From NCBI GenBank assembly GCA_044356455.1, contig JBIKWF010000084.1:1-19636 (forward strand): a stretch of DNA of 19,636 nt, written 5' to 3'. The notes under the pieces are model-generated. The model saw only the letters and a list, made by a program, of their open reading frames with translations, was not told where the DNA came from and did not search any database. This DNA is from Bdellovibrionota bacterium (GTDB lineage: Bacteria; Bdellovibrionota_C; UBA2361; JBGSMV01). This document shows positions 8,458-16,596 of this stretch, piece by piece. A program made the position numbers and the translations under genes. Position 1 is the stretch's first letter. Each line of letters opens with the position of its first letter.

Positions 8458-8722
8458 CATCCTATCTCCCTGCAAGTTCCAGCCTCGCGGATTGGTAGTT
8501 AAGAATTCCAGCTAGTTAACAGAATAGTCGGGCTCTGGGGCAATGTCTTCTGAGATAGAAAGTGGGTGTCCCGAGAGGTATTCACTCCCAGTCTTTAGGT
8601 ACAAGGTGCTAAGGAGGAAAGTCCCAAAGTGAAAAACAAAAGGTCACATCCGAAACACCCATCCTATCCTCTTGCAGGTTTTGCTCTCGCAGATTGGTAG
8701 TTAATGATTCCAGATGGTTAGC
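8458..8722. repeat. Pair of imperfect 63-bp direct repeats (8458-8520 and 8660-8722)
   Basis: Ungapped alignment, 48/63 identical by manual count, offset 202 bp. Shared core CTCGCRGATTGGTAGTTAA..ATTCCAG. Confidence 0.85.
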
Positions 8723-8842
8723 CCGCGTTCCCAAGCCATTACGAGGTGCCGTGAACCAAATAGCTAGCTAAAATTTTCTATGCCTCGGTTTGACCTAACG
8801 ACGCATAACCATACCAGCAATTAATGAGTCCGAGAGCATAAA

Positions 8843-10441
8843 GTGACGAGCACATCACCCGCCCCTGACAACAATCTAGAAGGACAGCTTCGATTCCTTG
8901 TTGGAGGTCTACGCAGCAACCTCCCTGAGGTGCTATGCCGAACCATAGCTGCAATGCAATCACTTCTTCTTTGGCACATAGAGAAGGCTAAGCCATATCT
9001 ACCGGCAATCATGGAAGTTCAGAGCCGAACTCTTGATCAGCCTTCAGTGCAGGTTGACTGCGGAAAATTTATTGCGCGGCTAGGCATAGATTGCCCCGAC
9101 ATTTCTGAAAAAGTGCTCAGTCAACTCAGAACGGCAACTGAGCCCTCCTTCCTGAAAGGTTTCATGGAAGGCTTAAGCCTCAGGGTGTTTCACAGTCAAC
9201 AGATTCCTGAGAAAATTTATTCTGCGGTTCTCGATCATGCAGGTCGTATTCCTAATGATCAGTGCCTGTCGGTATTACAATTCTTGACATTGGTCTCTGA
9301 TGCAGGTTCTGCATGTGGGCTCGCATTTGATCAGAACGATCCGCGAGTGAGTTCACTCTGTAAACGAGATTTTTCTGAGTTGCGCTCACGTGTAATGGCC
9401 GATCAATTGATGCTCCCACAGAGAAACCGGTGCGAAGAGCCCGGAGCTCAGCTAGAAGACCTGGCCAAGTTAGCTGTGGCGAGATTTATGGCAGATAATC
9501 TCACAGCTGGTCCAGATGGTTTGCGAAGATTCTTGGGCTTTGAAAAAACTGGTTTTCCCATGCTGTCAGCATCGGAGATCGTCCAAGTGGTGAATGCGAT
9601 CCGCGATCAGGCAACCTCTCCTCTTGAACAATATCGGCAGCTTTTTGCTGACGGCGCGAAAATTGTATGCGCTTCCGTCGACTTTACTTCTCCATCTGAC
9701 ATAGAAAAGCAATTTAGCGACCTCATTGAATTAGTTGAGTCAGGCTCAATTACTCAGATAGCGGTAGCACTCGAGCCGGAGCTCTTGGCACGTGCAAAGG
9801 AGTTTGCTTCCCGGCCCTATGAAGCAAACGGGTTCCCATTTTCGATTCAAGGCTACACAGAGCCCGAAAGTGACAGGGATGATTATGCCTTGGCTCAAAA
9901 TCGGTGCCTCCATCGGCTCATGCATGCGGCGCTTGGAAGGGCTGAACTAACATTTATCGGCTCAGACCTTCCTGACATCTTAGCCCCTGAACTTCGCGCC
10001 GAAAGAGCATGCGCCGAGTTTTCCGCTCATCTTGCGCAAAAAGGACGCATTTTGGTGCTCGACTACGCTGTTGATGTTTCACGCTGCCCCTTAGAAGATG
10101 GCGAGAACACTCTAGGTCACGCGCTGGTTAGTCGTTTCGGTGAAAAGCAGGTTCGCTGCGTCCTCGACATCTCTCGCAGCATGATAGAAGAGTGGAATGG
10201 AATGCGCGTGAATAACATGGTCAACGCGCTCAAGGGACTCAGTCACTCCTTTGGACTTCCCGTTGAAGGTTCAGGACTGGAACGACTTGGCTGGGATAAA
10301 CATGGAGACCATCGAACTTTAATCGGGCAGTCGTGGGATAGTATAATTGTGCGAGACGTTAAAGACTTCGACAAGGACCTCTTGCATCTCTCCAGTCCGC
10401 GTGAGGGGCAACGAACTCCCCGTCAGCCCATCCTGGCGTAA
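8843..10441 (+). CDS. Hypothetical protein (532 aa)
   Basis: Long uninterrupted ORF with GTG start and protein-like composition; no family recognised. Confidence 0.7.
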   Translation: MTSTSPAPDNNLEGQLRFLVGGLRSNLPEVLCRTIAAMQSLLLWHIEKAKPYLPAIMEVQSRTLDQPSVQVDCGKFIARLGIDCPDISEKVLSQLRTATEPSFLKGFMEGLSLRVFHSQQIPEKIYSAVLDHAGRIPNDQCLSVLQFLTLVSDAGSACGLAFDQNDPRVSSLCKRDFSELRSRVMADQLMLPQRNRCEEPGAQLEDLAKLAVARFMADNLTAGPDGLRRFLGFEKTGFPMLSASEIVQVVNAIRDQATSPLEQYRQLFADGAKIVCASVDFTSPSDIEKQFSDLIELVESGSITQIAVALEPELLARAKEFASRPYEANGFPFSIQGYTEPESDRDDYALAQNRCLHRLMHAALGRAELTFIGSDLPDILAPELRAERACAEFSAHLAQKGRILVLDYAVDVSRCPLEDGENTLGHALVSRFGEKQVRCVLDISRSMIEEWNGMRVNNMVNALKGLSHSFGLPVEGSGLERLGWDKHGDHRTLIGQSWDSIIVRDVKDFDKDLLHLSSPREGQRTPRQPILA

Positions 10442-10600
10442 ACCAGTAAGGCGCCAGTTCTATTGCTGGAACAAGAGTCATAAGAAGTGGCCAGCAGCTT
10501 AAGTAGCGAGTTATCACGGTGCCTGCGAGCATGAAAATCAAGCGTCAAGATTCGACTCTCCTGCATAACGCTAGGCCGACTTCAACTGAGCTTTCTCCTT

Positions 10601-12115
10601 CTATGCGGTGGCGAGTTTGTCCTGAACAACTTTTACCGCTTCCTCAATCTTAATGCGCTCTTGCTTGGTCGAATCCCGATCGCGAATAGTGACCGTCTTG
10701 TCTTCCACCGACTGATGGTCAACGGTGATGCAAAAGGGAGTTCCCACTTCGTCGTGCCGCGCATAGCGCTTGCCGATGGACTGTTGTTCGTCGTACCGCG
10801 CATTGATGCCTGACTTCAGGAACTCCTTTACGAGCTCGCGTGCGGCTTCCGGCATGCCGTCTTTTTTCATGAGCGGCAAGACGGCTGCTTTGTACGGAGC
10901 GAGTCTTGGATGAAGCTTAAGAAGGACGCGCGTTTTTTCACCGCCTTCCGCATCAACGCCCGTTTCTTCGGTATAGGCATCGATCAGGTAGGCAAGAACT
11001 GCGCGGGTAAGTCCGGCCGCTGGTTCAATGACATACGGGACATACCGCCAGCCGGGCTTTCCTGTCTCAGGATCATTCTTCTGCTGATCGAAATACGAAA
11101 TCTTAGTGCCGGACTCTTCGGCATGCTTCTTAAGGTCGTAGTCGGTGCGTGAGGCAATTCCCTCGAGTTCATCCCAGCCCCAAGGGTACTGATACTCTAC
11201 GTCGTAGCAATTGCTCGCATAGTGCGCGAGCTCGTCCTTGTCGTGTTGTCTCAAGCGAATTTTGCTACCGTCATTGAGGAAACGCTTCCACCATCCGACA
11301 CGTGCATCAGTCCAGTGGGTCAGCCACTCCTCGTGTGTGCCTGGCTCACAGAAATATTCCATTTCCATCTGCTCGAACTCACAGGTTCGGAAGATGAATT
11401 TTTCGGTGATGATCTCGTTGCGGAAGCTCTTTCCGATCTGGGCAATGCCAAAAGGGACCTTGGGCGAGACGCTCTGCATCACATTATTAAACTGCACGAA
11501 CATGGCCTGGGCAGTTTCGGGGCGAAGATAAATCGCCGTTTCCTTGACTGCTGCATCAAGCTTTTCGCGTAACTCAACGCGTGTGAGCTGCTTCCCTTGG
11601 ATTTGATCAAGGACTGCTTCAATCGGGTCTATGGGGCCAATAGAGGTCCGAAACATTAGGTTAAACTGACGTTCATCGGAGAGGTCCGAAGAGGTGCACG
11701 TGGGGCATACATAACCTACTGCACCTACTACCCCAGAAATTTCTGGCTCTGAAGCTCGTCCACCTTTACGGCACTTTACTGGGGTTCCCGGCGCCATTTT
11801 AGGAGCCTTGTCAGCACGGAAGCGCTCTTTGCAATTTCGGCAATCAACGAGCGGATCCGAGAAGCCAGCCAAATGCCCGCTCGCTTTCCACACGTTAGGA
11901 TGCATCAAAATCGAGGCGTCAATGCCAACAATATCCTCTCTTTCGTGCACCATGGCGCGCCACCACTCCTGAGCGATATTGCGCTTAAGCTCCGCGCCCA
12001 AGGGACCGTAGTCGTAAGCACTCTTTAGTCCACCGTAGATTTCGCTGCTTTGGAAAATAAATCCGCGTCGTTTGCAGAGCGAAACGACTTTATTCATGAC
12101 GTCAGGAGTAGACAT
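10601..12115 (-). CDS. glyQS: Glycine--tRNA ligase, homodimeric alpha2 type
   Basis: LCKRRGFIFQSSEIYGG, YDYGPLG, WKASGH, YLRPETAQ, QIGKSFRNEI, EFEQMEMEYF, ELEGIASRTDYDL, VIEPAAG, and anticodon-domain SIGKRYARHDEVGTPFCITVD. Confidence 0.98.
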   Translation of the reverse strand: MSTPDVMNKVVSLCKRRGFIFQSSEIYGGLKSAYDYGPLGAELKRNIAQEWWRAMVHEREDIVGIDASILMHPNVWKASGHLAGFSDPLVDCRNCKERFRADKAPKMAPGTPVKCRKGGRASEPEISGVVGAVGYVCPTCTSSDLSDERQFNLMFRTSIGPIDPIEAVLDQIQGKQLTRVELREKLDAAVKETAIYLRPETAQAMFVQFNNVMQSVSPKVPFGIAQIGKSFRNEIITEKFIFRTCEFEQMEMEYFCEPGTHEEWLTHWTDARVGWWKRFLNDGSKIRLRQHDKDELAHYASNCYDVEYQYPWGWDELEGIASRTDYDLKKHAEESGTKISYFDQQKNDPETGKPGWRYVPYVIEPAAGLTRAVLAYLIDAYTEETGVDAEGGEKTRVLLKLHPRLAPYKAAVLPLMKKDGMPEAARELVKEFLKSGINARYDEQQSIGKRYARHDEVGTPFCITVDHQSVEDKTVTIRDRDSTKQERIKIEEAVKVVQDKLATA

Positions 12116-12209
12116 ACCGATCCTTACACAAAAGTTGGGTGACTCTCAGCGAGTGCCCCGTATGCTTTGTCGCCGCATATTCTGCCGAGGCCTAGAGCCC
12201 TTAAAGTAA

Positions 12210-13043
12210 TTATGCTTTCGCGCGCTTCTCAAGGAGTGCAATTTTCTCCTTGAGCTCTTTGCGGGTGTCGCCTAGGTCGGCTGCGCGCTGAAACGAAATG
12301 AGAGAATTCTTAAAATCGCCCTTAATTTCGTAGGCCGTACCAAGCGTAATGTAAGCTTCGCTCGAGGGTTTAATTTGGAGCGAACGTTTGGCCGCGCCTA
12401 TGGCATCTTCAGCCTTTCCATTGCCAAGTAAAAGGCTGCTGTAGCTTGCCAGTGTTTTGAAGTCTTTGGGATTCTGATCCACAGCAATCTTCATGAACTT
12501 CTCTGCGTCCTGCGAGCGATTAAGCAGTCCATAAGAAGTAGCAAGTCGGGTGGGAAGATTGGGGTAGTTCTGATCCAGGTGCAGTGCCTTTTCGTAGGTG
12601 GCTGCGGCTTCTTTAACTTGTTTGTTCGCAAAATAAGCATCTCCCAAACGCGAATAGAGACCTGGATCTTGCTGGTATTCCTTGGTGTAGCTTTCAAGCA
12701 GGGATACTGCTTCGGGAATTTTGCTGTTGTTCAAAAGAATGCCGGCCAAGTTGAAGGCGGCTGTGAGATTACGCGGGTCTGCCGAGAGAGCTTGCTGGAA
12801 GAGTTCTTCCGCTTGGCTAAAGCGGCCAGCATTAAGCGCTGCCACGGCCTTTTCGTTGAGCTCAAGAGAACGAGGATCTCCTTGCACACTCGCATGGGCA
12901 GCTGCGCGCGGCGCCTCGGCGGCAGGGGGGCGAGGTGATGCGAATGAGAGGGGAGTTCCCAAAAGAAGTGCCGCCCCAGCAAATATGCTGATACGCAACC
13001 ATCTATGAGCTACTGAAGAGAGGGTAAAAGTACATTTTTTCAT
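12210..13043 (-). CDS. Exported tetratricopeptide-repeat protein
   Basis: Several TPR-like units (AEELFQQALSADP, YSRLGDAY...YEKALHLDQ, AYITLGTAY). True start is probably ATG 13043 (MKKCTF..., signal-like), overlapping the upstream stop as ATGA at 13043-13040. Confidence 0.88.
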   Translation of the reverse strand: MKKCTFTLSSVAHRWLRISIFAGAALLLGTPLSFASPRPPAAEAPRAAAHASVQGDPRSLELNEKAVAALNAGRFSQAEELFQQALSADPRNLTAAFNLAGILLNNSKIPEAVSLLESYTKEYQQDPGLYSRLGDAYFANKQVKEAAATYEKALHLDQNYPNLPTRLATSYGLLNRSQDAEKFMKIAVDQNPKDFKTLASYSSLLLGNGKAEDAIGAAKRSLQIKPSSEAYITLGTAYEIKGDFKNSLISFQRAADLGDTRKELKEKIALLEKRAKA

Positions 13044-13960
13044 GAGAATCGTCCCATTAGTCCAATACCAAAGAGGATAGCAATATAGGTGAGAAAAATC
13101 ACTTGGCTTCTCCGGCCTAAAGTAGAAGGGGGTAGCCCAGTTTGCTCTCCTGCTCTTAGGGCTTCTGCCAGCGGCAAGAGAAGCGGGAATATGCCGAAAA
13201 TAAACACGAAATTGTGAGAAAGCTTGCCAAGATAACAAAGGCTCGTGACCAGAGTAGGAGCGAGGAGGAAAAAGAGCATCAGAAGCCTCGCTCTTAGGCG
13301 ATATATCCGCAGAGGAAGGGCTTCTCCGGGGGCGGCCCCTTGAGAGAAGCGAAGAGCAAGGCCGCGCGCAACAAACATGGCGCCCACGCCTGCGCAAGGG
13401 AACAAGGGCTCCCACTTCCAGAATGGATCCACGATTAAAAAGGAGAGGTACCCAATAGCAAGGCAGCTAACGAAAAGCGCGAGCAGGCTGCCAGAGAGAT
13501 TGTTCCGTTCGGTGAGGGAGCGCGTAAGGGCTAGAGTCCCAAGGGCGAAAAGCGCCAGGTAGAAGTGCTCAAGGGGGAGGCGGGCCTTAAAGAATTGCAG
13601 CAGAGCGAGCGAGCCTGAGGCACTGCCAATAAGTGCGGCGTAGCGTAGCAGGGTAAGAAGGCGCTTCTTTAAGGGAGAAGGGGCCTGGGAGCTGGTCTTG
13701 GGGGAATCTGGCCGCTGGGCAGCGTCAGGTAGCGTAGCTGCCGCGCTTGGCAGAAACCAGCGGAATGCCACCCAGAGAAAAAGCTGCCAGCAGGAGAAAA
13801 GCAGAACGAAATAAATGGCTCTTTCGAGAAAAGGGTCGAAATAAACACGCCGGATCGGGAACCAGATAAAAACGATGCCTAGAGCATACGGCGCAAGAAG
13901 CGCCATGGCAGTGAGGACGTGTAGAATTCGTGAGAGCATGAGTGTGGGTCCGGGTCCCAT
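13040..13960 (-). CDS. Polytopic membrane protein, possibly distant UbiA/MenA-like fold
   Basis: About 8-9 hydrophobic segments; ATGA coupling to the TPR gene. Start may be 13960 or 13939. Confidence 0.75.
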   Translation of the reverse strand: MGPGPTLMLSRILHVLTAMALLAPYALGIVFIWFPIRRVYFDPFLERAIYFVLLFSCWQLFLWVAFRWFLPSAAATLPDAAQRPDSPKTSSQAPSPLKKRLLTLLRYAALIGSASGSLALLQFFKARLPLEHFYLALFALGTLALTRSLTERNNLSGSLLALFVSCLAIGYLSFLIVDPFWKWEPLFPCAGVGAMFVARGLALRFSQGAAPGEALPLRIYRLRARLLMLFFLLAPTLVTSLCYLGKLSHNFVFIFGIFPLLLPLAEALRAGEQTGLPPSTLGRRSQVIFLTYIAILFGIGLMGRFS

Positions 13961-13997
13961 TCAACCACAGGCAAGAATTCAACGAAACACCGCTCCT

Positions 13998-14117
13998 GTA
14001 GCGTACTCGCTAGATGAGGTAGCGTACTCGCTAGATGAGGTAGCGTACTCGCTAGATGAGGCAGCGCACTCGCTAGATGAGGTAGCGTACTCGCTAGCCG
14101 AGGCGGTGTATCCGCTA
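13998..14117. repeat. 21-bp tandem array of mini-palindromes (5 full units plus 1 degenerate partial)
   Basis: GTAGCGTACTCGCTAGATGAG identical at 13998, 14019 and 14040; variants at 14061 and 14082; degenerate GCGGTGTATCCGCTA at 14103-14117. Confidence 0.95.
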
Positions 14118-14118
14118 C

Positions 14119-15408
14119 TTAGGAACCGCGCTTCTGCATAGGGACGTAATCGTTAAGCGCAGGCCCTGTGTATACCTGGCGCGGGCGGCCAATTTTGTTG
14201 GTCGGATCTTCGAGCAGCTCCTTGGCGTGTGCTATCCAGCCAGGCAGGCGTCCTAAAGCAAACATCACCGTAAAGAAGTTCACGGGAATGCCCATAGCCT
14301 TGTACATAATGCCACTATAGAAATCGACATTCGGGTAAAGCTTGCGCTCAATAAAATAAGAGTCTTTGAGGGCCGCGGCTTCGAGCTCACGAGCGATATC
14401 GAGAAGCGGATCTGAGACTTTGAGCTTATTGAGAAGCTTATCGCAGGCTGTCTTAATTATCTTTGCGCGCGGGTCGAAGTTCTTGTACACGCGATGCCCA
14501 AATCCCATCAGGCGGAAGCTGCTGTTTTTATCCTTGGCAAGCTCTACGTAGCGCTGCACGTTGCCACCATCTTGGCGTATGGTTTCGAGCATTTCGATAA
14601 CTTCTTGATTCGCGCCGCCATGCCGAGATCCCCAGAGGGCGGATAGACCTGCGGCTACGCAGGCTTGCAAGTTTGCAAGGCTACTTGCGACGAGTCGGAC
14701 TGTTGAGGTTGAACAGTTCTGCTCGTGATCTACGTGCAGAATAAGAAGAAGGTTGAGGGCTTCGAGGACTTCCTTCTCTGGCTGATAGTCGCTCGTCGGA
14801 AGAGCAAACATCATATGCAAGAAATTTTCGCAGTACTCCCGCTTGTGATCAGGATACATGAATGGCTGGCCAACCAAGCGTTTGTAGGCAAATGCCGCAA
14901 GTGTAGGGAACTGCGCGAGAAGTCGGATGCTATTTACATAGAAGAGTTCTTCTCGATTGCCGGACTCATTTTCATACACGGCAGCAAGAGCATGCATCAC
15001 GGAGCCCACCACACCCATAGGATGGGCATCGCGAGTGAAGGCATGAAAAATCGCTTTGAGGTCTTCGTGTAAATAGGTATGTGAACTTATCTCGCGCGTA
15101 AATTTTTGAAGTTGCTCTGAAGTCGGAAGTTTTCCGAACATCACGAGATAGGCAGTTTCGAGAAAGGTTGATTTCTCTGCGAGCTGCTCAATAGGTATAC
15201 CGCGATAGCGTAGGATGCCTTTGTCGCCGTCGATGAAGGTGATCTTGCTAAGGCAGGCGCCCGTGTTGACGTAGCCGGGATCAAGGGTGATGTAACCAGT
15301 CTTCTCCCGGAGGCGAGTTACGTCGATTCCCTTTTCCTGTTCGGTACCGACTACGACAGATAAATCAATCGACCCGCTTCCGTAGTCTAATTTAACAGTC
15401 TCACCCAT
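14119..15408 (-). CDS. gltA: Citrate synthase (type II-like)
   Basis: DPGY.NTG, ITFIDGDKGILRYRG, HVDHEQNCSTS, HGGANQ, LMGFGHRVYKNFDPRA, YPNVDFYSG, GRPRQVYTG. ATG 15408 has an AGGAG Shine-Dalgarno 8 nt upstream. Confidence 0.98.
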   Translation of the reverse strand: MGETVKLDYGSGSIDLSVVVGTEQEKGIDVTRLREKTGYITLDPGYVNTGACLSKITFIDGDKGILRYRGIPIEQLAEKSTFLETAYLVMFGKLPTSEQLQKFTREISSHTYLHEDLKAIFHAFTRDAHPMGVVGSVMHALAAVYENESGNREELFYVNSIRLLAQFPTLAAFAYKRLVGQPFMYPDHKREYCENFLHMMFALPTSDYQPEKEVLEALNLLLILHVDHEQNCSTSTVRLVASSLANLQACVAAGLSALWGSRHGGANQEVIEMLETIRQDGGNVQRYVELAKDKNSSFRLMGFGHRVYKNFDPRAKIIKTACDKLLNKLKVSDPLLDIARELEAAALKDSYFIERKLYPNVDFYSGIMYKAMGIPVNFFTVMFALGRLPGWIAHAKELLEDPTNKIGRPRQVYTGPALNDYVPMQKRGS

Positions 15409-15883
15409 GAGGTCACTCCTTTTGGGGCTCCGCTTGGACACCCTTACGGTTTGGTAGAATAGTCGTTCTGTATCTAAGAGAGAATCTTTTTTATCGTAAA
15501 AAGTTTCAGGATTTACGATTTTCTTTCTTACCCCTTTTGACGCCTTGAGTTTGCTGGTCGGAGCGTCGCTTTTGCTAGCGGGGGTAAGGGGCGTGGACAC
15601 GCCCTCGAATGCAGGTTGGAGTTTAGCTGCTCCAGGCTATGGTGGGGTTCTCGCTTTTGGGCAGTAGGGGGAGTTCTCCCTTTTCGCTCTCCTGTTGAAC
15701 ATATGACCTGTCAGGCCCGAGATCGCGTAGGTCCCCCTATGTTGTAATAAGCAAGTATCTGTTATTATTTCGGGCGCTTATTGAGAATAGCCTTTATCTA
15801 ATGAGGGCTAAGGTCGTATTACCTCATGGCGCAGGAGTCGTGGAGGCTCTTTGTCGCCGTCAATCTTTGAACTGGTCGTTATT

Positions 15884-16336
15884 ATGGCTGAGCGTGGCAA
15901 GAAGAAGGAAGATCTCCTCAATCAAACTATTGAGCGGGAGGTTCAAGATGAAATTGCCGCGTTCCGAGCGGAAAGCGCGCGCGGGGAATACAAGGCTCTC
16001 AAGCACCATGATTCCAAACGCATTCGTAAGGTGAGCCCAATCGGGATGCGCATTCTCGTGCGCATCAGAAAAGATAACAATGTTTCCGAAGGCGGTCTCT
16101 ATTTGCCAGAGGGAGCCAAATCAAATGCAGCAGAGAGTATCCTCGCGGATGTGCTCGAGGTTGCAACGGCAAGTGATCATCATACCGAAGAGGAAGCAAA
16201 CATTAGTGGGGTACCTCTGGGATCTGTCGTGCTTATTGGGAAGTCCTCAGGTGTTAAAGTGCCCTGGGATGAAGCCCTGAGACTCGTCGAGACTAAAGAC
16301 GTGCTTGCGATAGTGCACGAGATGAGTCTGGTTTAA
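15884..16336 (+). CDS. GroES/Cpn10-family protein with about 45-aa charged N-terminal extension
   Basis: KVSPIGMRILVR, mobile-loop-like VSEGGLYLPEGAK, GSVVLIGKSSGVKV and C-terminal LRLVETKDVLAIV follow the Cpn10 pattern. No groEL adjacent. Confidence 0.8.
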   Translation: MAERGKKKEDLLNQTIEREVQDEIAAFRAESARGEYKALKHHDSKRIRKVSPIGMRILVRIRKDNNVSEGGLYLPEGAKSNAAESILADVLEVATASDHHTEEEANISGVPLGSVVLIGKSSGVKVPWDEALRLVETKDVLAIVHEMSLV

Positions 16337-16596
16337 TCGGATACACTCCAACCATTAGGGCTGCGCTTACCTAAGTTTTCTCCAGGTAGAATCATTCACT
16401 TTCGTTAGGCATCCTTCGGCATTGCTGGCGCTATCTATTTGTAATTATTTGCTAAATTGCAACGTTGGGCGAGCATCGGGGAGACCTTCTTGCGGCTTCC
16501 CGAGGCCCTTTCAATGCAGGCCTTACCCCGTAGACTAAATCTTTGATGAGGAGCAGACTCCCGGGCGAACATCGTTTCCAGCGGTTTGATATTTAG

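Noticed and set aside
8458..8722. Direct repeats as CRISPR or integron attC sites
   Set aside because: Only two copies, 63 bp long with 139 bp between them, no cas genes, and no extended internal palindrome with paired R/L boxes.
13044..13415. N-terminal extension of the 401-aa TPR ORF
   Set aside because: Out-of-frame overlap with the membrane gene; the ATGA junction marks 13043 as the start.
13875..14141. 88-aa ORF with VAYSLDE repeats, and CRISPR interpretation of the array
   Set aside because: The peptide repeat is a by-product of the 21-bp DNA period and the ORF is antisense to two real genes; units are contiguous without spacers.
15409..15600. 64-aa N-terminal extension of citrate synthase
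   Set aside because: Homology and a clear AGGAG RBS point to ATG 15408.
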